Position numbers and translations under genes: made by a program. From an uncultured Alphaproteobacteria bacterium (lineage in GTDB: Bacteria > Pseudomonadota > Alphaproteobacteria > Rs-D84 > CACZYB01), in NCBI GenBank assembly GCA_934246625.1, contig CAKQHZ010000001.1, positions 480,001 through 512,000 on the forward strand: a stretch of DNA of 32,000 nt. Direction: 5' to 3'. The notes below the pieces were generated by a model, which worked only from the letters and a program-made list of their open reading frames with translations, was not told where the DNA came from and did not search any database. This document shows, one piece after another, positions 17,661-26,362 of the stretch. Positions within the stretch are counted from its first letter, which is position 1. Every line of letters starts with the position of its first letter.

Positions 17661-18578
17661 ATGCAAACTCTTGAAGGACTTAAACGCAGAATTAAAACGA
17701 CTACTTCTCTTAAGGATATTGTAAGTAGTATGAAAACTTTGTCTGCGGTAAGTGTGGGACAATATGAAAAGTCAACAAAGGCATTGGAAAATTATGTCGA
17801 TGTCATTGAACAAGGTTTGCAAGTTGTTTTGAAGGATATTACTTTCCCTAATGTAAAAGAAAAGCCAATTCAAAATCAAAAGGTAATTGCAATTTTGATT
17901 GGTTCGGACCAAGGATTGGTTGGTAAGTTTAATAAGGTTATTTCTGATTATGCCTTTAGATATTTTAGGGATAATAATATTGATAAAAAAGATATAACTC
18001 TTATTGTTGCAGGACGAAGTTTGGCACCAAAGGTTTTAAGTGAAGGTTGGAATATTGATACTTTGTTTTCTATGCCAAGTTCTGTGAAAATGATGGTTGC
18101 AGTTGCAAAAAAGATTATTTTGCGATTAAAGGATATCGCTTTTAAAGATGATAAAGATGCTTTATTAAATTTTGCAAAAAATAACCTTAAAGTTTTGGTT
18201 TTCTTTAATAAAAAAATTGATGCAGTAAGTTTTGGGCAAAATATGTATCAGCTTTTGCCTGTGGATATAAATTATTTGAAAACAGTGAAATTAAGAAAGT
18301 GGAATACTAAGCAAATTCCAATGTATAATGCAAATAGTGCAAAGTTGTTTTCATCATTTTTAAGACAATTATTGTTTGTGAATATTTATCGAATTATTTC
18401 ACAAAGTTTGTCTGCGGAACATTTTACTCGTATGATAACAATGCAAAATGCTGAAAAAAATATTGATGAACATTTGGAAGAAATGAATCTTGAATATCAA
18501 CAAAGACGTCAAACAGAAATTACAAATGAACTTTTAGATGTTGTAATTGGTGCAGAAGTTTTAAAATCCAAAAAGTAA
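17661..18578 (+). CDS. atpG: N-type ATPase gamma subunit
   Basis: Starts 1 nt after the atpA stop. The N-terminal helix LKRRIKTTTSLKDIVSSMKTLSAVS and the C-terminal helix RQTEITNELLDVVIGAEVL match the gamma coiled-coil termini. It is the last gene of the order. Confidence 0.85.
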   Translation: MQTLEGLKRRIKTTTSLKDIVSSMKTLSAVSVGQYEKSTKALENYVDVIEQGLQVVLKDITFPNVKEKPIQNQKVIAILIGSDQGLVGKFNKVISDYAFRYFRDNNIDKKDITLIVAGRSLAPKVLSEGWNIDTLFSMPSSVKMMVAVAKKIILRLKDIAFKDDKDALLNFAKNNLKVLVFFNKKIDAVSFGQNMYQLLPVDINYLKTVKLRKWNTKQIPMYNANSAKLFSSFLRQLLFVNIYRIISQSLSAEHFTRMITMQNAEKNIDEHLEEMNLEYQQRRQTEITNELLDVVIGAEVLKSKK

Positions 18579-18641
18579 GTTGCTAGTTTTTGATTTTTAA
18601 TGTAATATAATTTTATAATATAAATAAAAAAGGAGGCTAAT

Positions 18642-19238
18642 ATGGTTAAAGATAAAAAAGTAAAATCAACTAAGTTTAAAAAAATATCAATGGTAATTTT
18701 TTTCCTTTTATTGATTGTTGCAATAGCATTTGGGGTAAAGTCATTTTTCCCATGTAGCAAAATGAAAAAGGAAACTTATAAAATTACTTCTTTTGATGGT
18801 AGAGTGAAAAAAGCAAAGTTTGATTTGGAAGTTGCCGATAATAACGAAGCAAGATTAAAAGGTTTGATGTATAGAAAAAGTCTTCCTGAAAATACAGGTA
18901 TGATTTTTGATTTTGAAAAACCAGATTATTATGCAATGTGGATGAAAAATACTTATGTTCCTTTGGATATGATTTTCTTTAATGATGCAGGTGTTGTGGT
19001 TGCTCTTGCAAATGACAGAGAACCTTTGTCAGAAGATTATGTCAGTCCTTGTAATTTAGAGTATGAAGTAAAGGCAAGTAATACTCCTATAGATGTTGAA
19101 TGGGATATTGATGGTTTCTTTGATGAATGTGAAGCAAGATACCAAAAGCCAAATAAACTTATTCGTTATGTTATTGAGGTTCCTGCTGGAACAATTAAGG
19201 CAAACAATATTGGTTTGGGTGATAAACTTTCAAAATAA
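18642..19238 (+). CDS. DUF192 (COG1430) family protein with an N-terminal membrane anchor
   Basis: AAGGAGG RBS. GLMYRKSLPENTGMIFDFEKPDYYAMWMKNTYVPLDMIFFNDAGVVV matches the DUF192 core. No terminator separates it from atpG (63-nt gap), so co-transcription is possible. Confidence 0.7.
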   Translation: MVKDKKVKSTKFKKISMVIFFLLLIVAIAFGVKSFFPCSKMKKETYKITSFDGRVKKAKFDLEVADNNEARLKGLMYRKSLPENTGMIFDFEKPDYYAMWMKNTYVPLDMIFFNDAGVVVALANDREPLSEDYVSPCNLEYEVKASNTPIDVEWDIDGFFDECEARYQKPNKLIRYVIEVPAGTIKANNIGLGDKLSK

Positions 19239-19269
19239 TATTGAAGATTTTTAAATGTTTTGATATGAT

Positions 19270-19300
19270 GGCTACTATAATTATTTAGTAGCTTTTTTTT
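19270..19300 (+). terminator. Candidate intrinsic terminator after the DUF192 gene
   Basis: GCTACT (19271-19276) pairs with AGTAGC (19287-19292) around a 10-nt loop, followed by T8 (19293-19300). The stem is short and AT-rich. Confidence 0.45.
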
Positions 19301-19312
19301 AAAGAGGTAAAA

Positions 19313-19684
19313 ATGAAAAAAGAATTTTCAAAAAGACATTATCAAATTGGAGAATCTATAAAAAGAACTTTGTCAAAAATTTTTATGGAAGGTAAGTTTG
19401 AACATAAAATAAAGGATTTGTTTTCTGTGGTGGAAGTTGTTCCTTCTCGTGGGTTTGAAAGTGCAGTCGTTTATATTTCTGCAATAGATGCAAGTAAGAA
19501 TAAAGAGCTTGTTCAAAAACTTAATGAAATAACATCAGAAATTCGTTATGAGCTTGCAAATAATAGTGAGCTTCGTTCTACACCAACATTGATTTTTAAA
19601 CTTGATACAACGCTTGATTATGCACAACGAATTGAAGATATTTTAAATTCAGATGAAGTTAAGAAAGATTTAGAAGATTTGTAA
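19313..19684 (+). CDS. rbfA: Ribosome-binding factor A
   Basis: 123 aa. KRHYQIGESIKRTLSKIF...FSVVEVVPSRGFESAVVYIS...LRSTPTLIFKLD follows the RbfA pattern. It appears monocistronic here, not downstream of infB. Confidence 0.8.
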   Translation: MKKEFSKRHYQIGESIKRTLSKIFMEGKFEHKIKDLFSVVEVVPSRGFESAVVYISAIDASKNKELVQKLNEITSEIRYELANNSELRSTPTLIFKLDTTLDYAQRIEDILNSDEVKKDLEDL

Positions 19685-19687
19685 AAT

Positions 19688-19718
19688 AAAACCCCTTTTG
19701 ATAAGGGGTTATTTTTTA
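19688..19718. terminator. Bidirectional intrinsic terminator shared by rbfA (+) and gapR (-)
   Basis: AACCCCTT (19690-19697) pairs with AAGGGGTT (19703-19710) around a 5-nt loop. T6 follows on the + strand and a TTTTATTTT run follows on the - strand. Confidence 0.7.
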
Positions 19719-19958
19719 AACGTTTAAAGCAACACGATATGTTTCTGTTAATTCATCAAGTTCTGTTCTGTCTGCTTCATCAAGTTTTTGAAGACGGAGA
19801 ATAACTCTCATAATTTTTGGATCATAACCGTAATCTTTTGCTTCTGCGTAAATTTCACGAATATCGCTTCTGATATTAGCCATTTCTTCTTCTAATCTTT
19901 CGATTCTGTCCATAAAGCTTTTTAATTGAGCTGCGTCTATTCCATCTGTTTTTGGCAT
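19716..19958 (-). CDS. gapR: GapR (DUF2312/UPF0335) nucleoid-associated DNA-binding protein
   Basis: 80 aa. QLKSFMDRIERLEEEMANIRSDIREIYAEAKDYGYDPKIMRVILRLQK closely parallels Caulobacter GapR ([48 protein letters not shown]). The family is essentially restricted to Alphaproteobacteria and their phages. Confidence 0.85.
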   Translation of the reverse strand: MPKTDGIDAAQLKSFMDRIERLEEEMANIRSDIREIYAEAKDYGYDPKIMRVILRLQKLDEADRTELDELTETYRVALNV

Positions 19959-20095
19959 TTATTTCTCCTCTTTTGTAAAGTTAATAAAAAATAAGTTGTA
20001 AAACTTAAAATATAATGTATTATATTAGCCATAAAATTACTTAACTACAAGTAAAAAAATAAAAAAATAATAACATAAATGAAAAGGAAGTAAAA

Positions 20096-21547
20096 ATGGA
20101 TTTGAAGAATCTTGATAATAATTACAGATTTACTAAAATCGTTGCTACTATTGGACCAGCAACAGAAGAATATGAAAATTTAAAGGCTGTTATTGAAGCT
20201 GGTGTAAATGTATGTCGTCTTAACTTCTCTCATGGAACACATGAAGACCATAAGAAAAGATTTGATAATATTAAAAGAATCGAAAAAGAATTAGGTAAAA
20301 AAATTGGTATTCTTGCTGATATGCAAGGTCCAAAACTTCGTGTTGGAAAATTCAAAAATGAAAAAGAAATGCTTGTTGATGGACAAGAATTTACATTTGA
20401 TAACAATGAAGAACTTGGCGATAATACAAGAGTTCAACTTCCTAATGTTGCTATTCTTGATGCTTTAAAAGTTGGTGATTATGTTCTTATCAACGATGGT
20501 AAAATTAAAGTTCAAGTTATTGAAAAAACTGCTGGTGCTGTAAAAACAAAAGTTATCGTTGGCGGTATGATTTCTGATAGAAAAGGTTTCAATCTTCCAA
20601 ATACAGTTGTAAATCTTCCTGTTTTCACAGAAAAAGATTTAGGCGATTTGGAATTCGCTCTTGGTTTGGGTGTTGATTGGGTTGCTGCTTCTTTCGTTCA
20701 AACACCAGATGATGTTAGATATGCAAAAAAATTGATAAATGGTCGTGCATCACTTATCTGTAAAATTGAAAAACCAACTGCTGCTATTGATTATTTGGAA
20801 GAAATTGTTGAACTTTCAGATGGTATTATGGTTGCTCGTGGTGATCTTGGCGTTGAAGTAGAACCTCAAATGGTGCCACTTCTTCAAAAGAAAATGATTA
20901 AAATGTGTCGTGAAAAGAGAAAACCAGTTGTTGTTGCAACACATATGTTGGAATCAATGATTGATAATACTTTCCCAACACGTGCAGAAGCATCTGACGT
21001 TGCAAATGCTGTTTATGAATGCACAGATTGTGTTATGTTGTCAGCTGAAACTGCTCAAGGTAAGTATCCAGTAGATGCTGTTAAAATGATGGCTTCTATT
21101 ATTAGACAAGTTGAAGCAGATCCAGAATACAGAAAATATGTTGCAACATTTACAAGTGAAATCAAAGAAAACACTCTTGGTGATGTTATGACTGCTGCTG
21201 CTGCTGATATTACAAGAAAAACAGATGCAAAAGCTGTGCTTGCTTATACAACAAGTGGAACAACAGTTATCAACCTTGCAAAGCATAAACCAAATGCTCC
21301 TATTATCGCTGTTACAACAAATGATAAAGTTGCTGGAAGAACTGCTCTTTGCTGGGGTGTAACTCCAAAGGTTGTTGAATCAACAGATACTGATAAAATT
21401 GATGATTTATCAAGATCTATTGTTAAAGAACTTAACCTTGCAAAAGATGGTGATGAAATCGTTCTTACATTTGGTAAAGGAACAGAAACTTCAAAATCTA
21501 TCTTCAAAGAAGGTGCAACAACTTTGGTTAGTGTTGTTAAAGTATAG
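20096..21547 (+). CDS. pyk: Pyruvate kinase
   Basis: TKIVATIGPAT, NFSHGTHEDH, ILADMQGPKLRVG, MVARGDLGVE and ATHMLESMI are canonical pyruvate kinase motifs. 483 aa. Confidence 0.92.
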   Translation: MDLKNLDNNYRFTKIVATIGPATEEYENLKAVIEAGVNVCRLNFSHGTHEDHKKRFDNIKRIEKELGKKIGILADMQGPKLRVGKFKNEKEMLVDGQEFTFDNNEELGDNTRVQLPNVAILDALKVGDYVLINDGKIKVQVIEKTAGAVKTKVIVGGMISDRKGFNLPNTVVNLPVFTEKDLGDLEFALGLGVDWVAASFVQTPDDVRYAKKLINGRASLICKIEKPTAAIDYLEEIVELSDGIMVARGDLGVEVEPQMVPLLQKKMIKMCREKRKPVVVATHMLESMIDNTFPTRAEASDVANAVYECTDCVMLSAETAQGKYPVDAVKMMASIIRQVEADPEYRKYVATFTSEIKENTLGDVMTAAAADITRKTDAKAVLAYTTSGTTVINLAKHKPNAPIIAVTTNDKVAGRTALCWGVTPKVVESTDTDKIDDLSRSIVKELNLAKDGDEIVLTFGKGTETSKSIFKEGATTLVSVVKV

Positions 21548-21566
21548 TTTCTTTGACGGTATTATT

Positions 21567-21596
21567 AAAAGCCTCCCTTTGGGGAGGTTTTTTTAT
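21567..21596 (+). terminator. Intrinsic terminator after pyk
   Basis: GCCTCCC (21571-21577) pairs with GGGAGGT (21582-21588, one G-U pair) around a 4-nt loop, followed by a T-run through 21595. Confidence 0.7.
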
Positions 21597-21757
21597 TGAT
21601 AAAAGATATTTTATATAAATCTGTTGATTTTGTATAACTTATTGAATTTACAGGTGTTTTACCCCCCCAGAGGAATTTTTCCCTTGTGTTTGCTGGGGTT
21701 TTATGCTATTATTAAATATGTTGAAATTTAATATTAACTTTAAAATAAGGAGGAAAA

Positions 21758-22831
21758 ATGAATAAAAAAATTTTAACGTCTTTGATTGTTCTTTTATCGG
21801 CTTGTTCTATGGTAGAATCGGCAAAAGTAGAAAGCGAATCGGTAAAGGATAAACATTTGGAAGGGTATAAAGTTTATACCTGGGATAGTACAAAAGAATG
21901 TGGTGAGAAAAATAAGCAAAATGATTTTATAAGAAGATGTGAAAAAGAAAGTGGTGCATTTTTAAATGGTGTTATAAAAAGCACTTCTGATAGTAAAAAG
22001 TATGGTGATTCCTATACATATTATAAAGATGGATTTGAAGTAAAGTATATTTCATATTGGAAAAATGGAAATGTTGATTATATTTCAGAAAGTGAAATAG
22101 ATATGAAAAATTTGATACAAAATAGAACTTCTAAAAGTTATTTTAAAACAGGTGAAAAGTCATCAGATAGTGTTAGAAAAATTGATTTAATTTTAGATGA
22201 GGATATTAGTTATGCTGGGACAAATTATTATAAAACTGGTGTAAAAAGTGGTGTAATGAAAGGTGGAAAGAATTTAAAATCTGAAAATTGGACCTATGAT
22301 GTAGATGGAAGTTTTATTTTAAAGGGAGAACGTCCATACAAAAACTATAATGAAAAAGAAAGTTGGTTTGATAGGGATAGATTTGATATTTGGGTAAGAT
22401 ATGATAAAGATGGAAAGTTATATAATGGTGTTGCGACATATCATTTTGATGAATATCCAGATAAAATTGAATCTCATGTAAGTTTGAAAGATGGTAAGAG
22501 AGATGGAACTTCGGAGTATTTTTATGTGAAAGAAGATGGTGGTGATACCGAATATAGCACAAATACATATAAAGATGGTGTTGCAGTTTCATTTATATCA
22601 ACTCCATTTGATAAAGAAAATGATCCAATTAAAGAAACTTATTTCTTTGATAATACAAGATATGGAAGAAATATATATCCAACAGGACAGAATAAGTTAA
22701 GGGTGTTTTGTGATTATAAAGGAATTGATGGAAGTGTTTCCTTTGGTGGAAGTATTGGTGAAAAATTGAATAGTATATTTGAAAAAGATAAAACAAAGAA
22801 TCCTTGTCCTGTTTTGGATTTTATAAAGTAG
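21758..22831 (+). CDS. Lipoprotein with MORN-variant/YwqK-like repeats
   Basis: AAGGAGG RBS and a lipobox LLSAC|S. There are repeated Y/W-x-x-G-x motifs (YYKDGFEVKYISYWKNGNVDY, VRYDKDGKLYNGVATYHF, SLKDGKRDGTSEYFYVKEDG, NTYKDGVAVSF), like the MORN repeat variant family. Confidence 0.5.
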   Translation: MNKKILTSLIVLLSACSMVESAKVESESVKDKHLEGYKVYTWDSTKECGEKNKQNDFIRRCEKESGAFLNGVIKSTSDSKKYGDSYTYYKDGFEVKYISYWKNGNVDYISESEIDMKNLIQNRTSKSYFKTGEKSSDSVRKIDLILDEDISYAGTNYYKTGVKSGVMKGGKNLKSENWTYDVDGSFILKGERPYKNYNEKESWFDRDRFDIWVRYDKDGKLYNGVATYHFDEYPDKIESHVSLKDGKRDGTSEYFYVKEDGGDTEYSTNTYKDGVAVSFISTPFDKENDPIKETYFFDNTRYGRNIYPTGQNKLRVFCDYKGIDGSVSFGGSIGEKLNSIFEKDKTKNPCPVLDFIK

Positions 22832-22851
22832 GAATTTGGTTTTTCTTATGA

Positions 22852-22885
22852 AAGTAGCGTTCTGTTGGACGCTACATTTTTTTTG
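22852..22885 (+). terminator. Intrinsic terminator after the lipoprotein gene
   Basis: GTAGCGT (22854-22860) pairs with ACGCTAC (22869-22875) around an 8-nt loop, followed by ATTTTTTTT. Confidence 0.65.
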
Positions 22886-22898
22886 TTTAATATTTTAC

Positions 22899-22927
22899 TT
22901 GACTTTTGTTTCCTAAAATTGTATTTT
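22899..22927 (+). promoter_or_regulatory. Candidate sigma70-type promoter of the stator-like operon (TTGACT-17 nt-TATTTT)
   Basis: TTGACT at 22899-22904, a 17-nt spacer, and TATTTT at 22922-22927, about 30 nt upstream of the 22957 ATG (RBS TAGGAG). The AT-rich background makes this tentative. Confidence 0.3.
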
Positions 22928-22956
22928 GTCAATAAATAACATTATAGGAGTGTGAA

Positions 22957-24120
22957 ATGTTTAGAAAGAAATTGAAAAGTGATATAAATCCAGAGGCTAT
23001 TTATGTAAGAAAAACAGGGCTTTATATGTCTTTTATCAGAATGTGTCTTTTTATGGTTGCCGTTTTGATATTGGTGTCTTTGGTTGCTCCTACATTAAGG
23101 ACTATTTTTGTATCAAGTAAGGTTTTAAATACTTTTATTTTAACCGTGTTTGTATTTGGTGTTTTATTAAATTTTAGAAATACTATAATGTTGATTGCTG
23201 ATGTCGATTGGATAAATGATTTCTTTGCGGGTCGTGATAGTGGTAAAGTGCCAAGTATTATTAACCCTGTGGCTTTTCTTTTGAAAGAACATAGAAAAAC
23301 ACATAAACCATATATGGAAGCTGGCACAATGAGAACTTTGCTTGGAATTGTGGATTCTCGACTTTCTGATTATAAAGAATCTGCTAATTACTTTTCTGGT
23401 GTGCTTGTGTTTTTGGGACTTTTGGGAACATTTTGGGGACTTCTTTTAACAATAGGTTCAGTTGGTGATATTGTCAGAAATTTGGATATTGTTGGTGGAA
23501 ATGTAAGTGCAATGTTTGAAAGTTTTAAGGCAAATATTTCAAAACCTTTGTCTGGTATGGGGACTGCTTTTTCAACATCATTGTTTGGTTTAGGTTCATC
23601 TTTGGTTTTAAGTTTTTTACAACTTCAAACTAATTTGGCTCAACATTTCTTTTATAATGAATTAGAAGAAAATATGACAAGATATACAAGAATTATTTCT
23701 TCTTCTGATTTAGCAGAAGGTGGTGATGGTTCAATTATTACTTATTTGCAAGCTATGTTGGAACAAACTGGAGATAACATAAATACTTTGCAAAAAACAG
23801 TGATGAAGTCTGTTGAAAATAATGCGGAAGTTTCACGTAAAATGTCAATTATGGCGGAACAAACTTCAAAACTTGCAACACAAATGCAAGAAAAGTTAAA
23901 GGTGATGGAAAAAATTTCTGTGGCACCAGAAAAACTTTATCCTGTCCTTAATGATTTAGTAAAAATTTCAAAATCTGGTTTCGGTATGGACGACAGAACA
24001 AGAGACCATATCAGAAATATGGATTTGGGTTTGAATGATATGACTGAAAAATTGTCTGCGGATATAAGATTGCTTGCAAAGACAATTGCTATGACAGAAA
24101 ATAAAAAAGATAAAAAATAG
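22957..24120 (+). CDS. MotA/TolQ/ExbB-family ion-channel (stator A-type) protein with a helical C-terminal tail of about 150 aa
   Basis: Four TM helices. The last pair carries the family signature (YFSGVLVFLGLLGTFWGLLLTIGSVG ... GMGTAFSTSLFGLGSSLVLSFLQ). The tail from about aa 235 is charged, helix-like and has no TM. Confidence 0.75.
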   Translation: MFRKKLKSDINPEAIYVRKTGLYMSFIRMCLFMVAVLILVSLVAPTLRTIFVSSKVLNTFILTVFVFGVLLNFRNTIMLIADVDWINDFFAGRDSGKVPSIINPVAFLLKEHRKTHKPYMEAGTMRTLLGIVDSRLSDYKESANYFSGVLVFLGLLGTFWGLLLTIGSVGDIVRNLDIVGGNVSAMFESFKANISKPLSGMGTAFSTSLFGLGSSLVLSFLQLQTNLAQHFFYNELEENMTRYTRIISSSDLAEGGDGSIITYLQAMLEQTGDNINTLQKTVMKSVENNAEVSRKMSIMAEQTSKLATQMQEKLKVMEKISVAPEKLYPVLNDLVKISKSGFGMDDRTRDHIRNMDLGLNDMTEKLSADIRLLAKTIAMTENKKDKK

Positions 24121-24128
24121 GGGGCATT

Positions 24129-24491
24129 ATGAATAATGTTAGACGAGTTATTGTTGGTGTTCGTGTTTTAATGTTTGAAACATATAATTTTGCAAAAATT
24201 CATTTAAAACGTTATGCAAATAAAGTTGAAGATAAGTTTTATTTTTTAACTTCTGATATCGAAGGAACATCAGGTGATAATGAAATGACATTTGAAACCT
24301 TTAGAAATATTTTAAGTTCTATGCGTCTTCAAGAATTAAGAAATCTTCAATCAAATATTCGTGGTGATGAACAAAATATTATTAAAAGTATGGTTGATGA
24401 TGAATTAAGGAAAAGACATCGTCCATTAAAGGATAAAAAAACTTTACCTGAATTAGGGTTAATAAAAGCATCTGATTTAGAAAAGAGGTAA
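24129..24491 (+). CDS. Hypothetical soluble protein (120 aa), second gene of the stator-like operon
   Basis: GGGGG RBS 5 nt upstream and an 8-nt gap from the preceding gene. No TM and no motif recognised. The C-terminus is a basic/acidic helix-like segment (DDELRKRHRPLKDKK). Confidence 0.5.
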   Translation: MNNVRRVIVGVRVLMFETYNFAKIHLKRYANKVEDKFYFLTSDIEGTSGDNEMTFETFRNILSSMRLQELRNLQSNIRGDEQNIIKSMVDDELRKRHRPLKDKKTLPELGLIKASDLEKR

Positions 24492-24494
24492 AAA

Positions 24495-25262
24495 ATGAAA
24501 GAAGTTAAAAATTTTGATATTAAAAATAAAACTTTTCAAATGAAGGACGATGTTGAAATAACATCTTATGTTAGTCAAAAGATTACTTCTATAAATGATG
24601 ATAGTTTTACAATGGCTTTTGAAGTTGAAAATCCAGAATGGGAAAAGGCTTTTGATAGAAAAGAGATGGCTTGTATATATGTGCCTGCAACTATTGCTAG
24701 CGAATTGGAAAGTGAAGGTATTAGCCAATATTTTTGGATAGAAGGTAGAAAGAATATTGTTAAAAATGATGTATCAAAACTTATTACTTTGCTTTCATTA
24801 ACAAATAAAGATAATTTGGTGGAGCTTTCATCTTCTCTTAATGATAAACACTTTTTTAAAGTTATTGTTTCGGATTTGATTTTGGCTTACTCAAAAATAA
24901 CTACAGGACATTATTTTGATAGAATTGTTGAAGGTATAGATGAAAAAATAGTGAACTTTTCACAAAAGGAAATCAATCCAGAATGGGATTATAGATTTGA
25001 TAAGTATATTGATACAGGTGTATTGAATCCTTATGAAGCAACAAAAGTTTTAGAAGCAGATGGTGTTTTTGAATATAGGTTATACGATAAACAAGAAACA
25101 CTTGGGGAATATGGTGTAGATAATTTATTAAAAGATATTTATATGTTGGAACCTTATTCTATAAAAGGATTGCTTGGTAAAATAAAAAATGCTCCTGTTA
25201 TGAAAAAAAATGTGGCAAGCATTTATAAATTGAAACAAAAAATAGTTGAAATGACAAAATAA
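24495..25262 (+). CDS. Hypothetical soluble protein (255 aa), third gene of the stator-like operon
   Basis: AGAGG RBS and a 3-nt gap from the preceding gene. No TM, no signal peptide, and no nucleotide-binding or nuclease motif that I can recognise. Confidence 0.55.
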   Translation: MKEVKNFDIKNKTFQMKDDVEITSYVSQKITSINDDSFTMAFEVENPEWEKAFDRKEMACIYVPATIASELESEGISQYFWIEGRKNIVKNDVSKLITLLSLTNKDNLVELSSSLNDKHFFKVIVSDLILAYSKITTGHYFDRIVEGIDEKIVNFSQKEINPEWDYRFDKYIDTGVLNPYEATKVLEADGVFEYRLYDKQETLGEYGVDNLLKDIYMLEPYSIKGLLGKIKNAPVMKKNVASIYKLKQKIVEMTK

Positions 25263-25274
25263 TTTGGTGATAAA

Positions 25275-26348
25275 ATGTCCAGAAAAAATACAGATAATTT
25301 TTTTGATTCTATGTGGCCATCATTTGTTGATGTGATGAGCAACCTTTTTGTATTGATGCTTTTTATGGTAGTTATATTTTTGATGACTAACTTTATTTCA
25401 ACTGCGATAAATCCATCAAGCAAGGAAGAAAAAATTGCTCAGCTTGAAAAAATTATTGAAGATAAGGACAAACTTAATCAACGATTGATTGCAAATATTA
25501 AAACCGTGAAAGGTGATAGTAATAAAATTTTAGAAGAAAATCAAAAAAAAGAAGATGCTTTGCAGGAGCTTTCTAATACTTTGGATTTTACATCTAATAC
25601 CCTTAAGAAAGAGGAAATTAAAAATGAAAATCTTTCTAATAAGGTAGCTGAACTTAATATGTTTATTGTTCAAATGGAAGGTGATATTATCAAAAAAGAT
25701 AATCAAATCAAGGCATTGGAAAACAATGAAAAGAATCTTGAAAACACAGTTTCAAAACTTACAACCGAAATGCAAAAGTTAAATGATGTTTTTGAGGCAA
25801 CAGATAAATATATTGCTTGGCAAAAGGTGCAAATAGTAGAGCTTGGCAAAAAATTGAATAGAGCGTTGGCGAATAAGACAGCTGAACTTTGGAAGGTGCG
25901 TTCTGGCTTTTTTGAAGATTTATCAACAGCTTTGGTTGGTAATGATAACTTTGTTATGCAAGGTGATAGATTTGTTATGCCTTCGGAAGTATTTTTTAAT
26001 AAACAATCTGCTGAAATTGGGGAACAAGGTAAAGTGCAACTTAAAAAAATAGCGAAGGTTTTAAAAGATGCAATGCAAAAATTCCCAGATGATATGGATT
26101 GGATTTTGCGTGTTGATGGGCATACTGATATTACTCCTATTAAACAAGGGACAGGTAAATATAAATCAAATTGGGAATTGTCTGTTGATAGAGCGATTTC
26201 TGTTGTTAACTTCCTTATTTCCGAAGGTATTCCTGAAAATAGGTTGGCAGCAACTGGATTTGGTGAATTCCATCCTTTGGTTATGGGGACCGATGCAAAA
26301 TCATTGCAAAAGAATCGAAGAATTGAGTTTAAGTTAACAGAAAAATAA
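25275..26348 (+). CDS. MotB-type protein: N-terminal TM plug, long coiled-coil, C-terminal OmpA-like peptidoglycan-binding domain
   Basis: The N-terminus WPSFVDVMSNLFVLMLFMVVIF has Asp immediately before the single TM, as in MotB/ZorB/PomB. About 150 aa are K/E/N/L-rich and coiled-coil-like. The OmpA_C domain shows VDGHTDITPI...YKSNWELSVDRAISVVNFL...GFGEFHPL...NRRIEFKL. Confidence 0.8.
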   Translation: MSRKNTDNFFDSMWPSFVDVMSNLFVLMLFMVVIFLMTNFISTAINPSSKEEKIAQLEKIIEDKDKLNQRLIANIKTVKGDSNKILEENQKKEDALQELSNTLDFTSNTLKKEEIKNENLSNKVAELNMFIVQMEGDIIKKDNQIKALENNEKNLENTVSKLTTEMQKLNDVFEATDKYIAWQKVQIVELGKKLNRALANKTAELWKVRSGFFEDLSTALVGNDNFVMQGDRFVMPSEVFFNKQSAEIGEQGKVQLKKIAKVLKDAMQKFPDDMDWILRVDGHTDITPIKQGTGKYKSNWELSVDRAISVVNFLISEGIPENRLAATGFGEFHPLVMGTDAKSLQKNRRIEFKLTEK

Positions 26349-26362
26349 AATTAAAACTTTCA

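Noticed and set aside
21703-21765. 21-codon upstream ORF (MLLLNMLKFNINFKIRRKNE*) overlapping the lipoprotein start
   Set aside because: It has only a poorly spaced GGGG upstream and no recognisable leader-peptide logic. Short ATG-to-stop frames are frequent by chance in AT-rich spacers.
22957-26348. Calling the stator-like operon a Zorya (type I/II/III) defence system
   Set aside because: Only the generic ZorA/ZorB-like features are visible (MotA-type channel with a helical tail, PG-binding MotB-type partner). The A and B genes are not adjacent, the tail is much shorter than in type I ZorA, and ORF2/ORF3 show no ZorC/D/E-like helicase or nuclease motifs. It is kept as an unassigned candidate instead.
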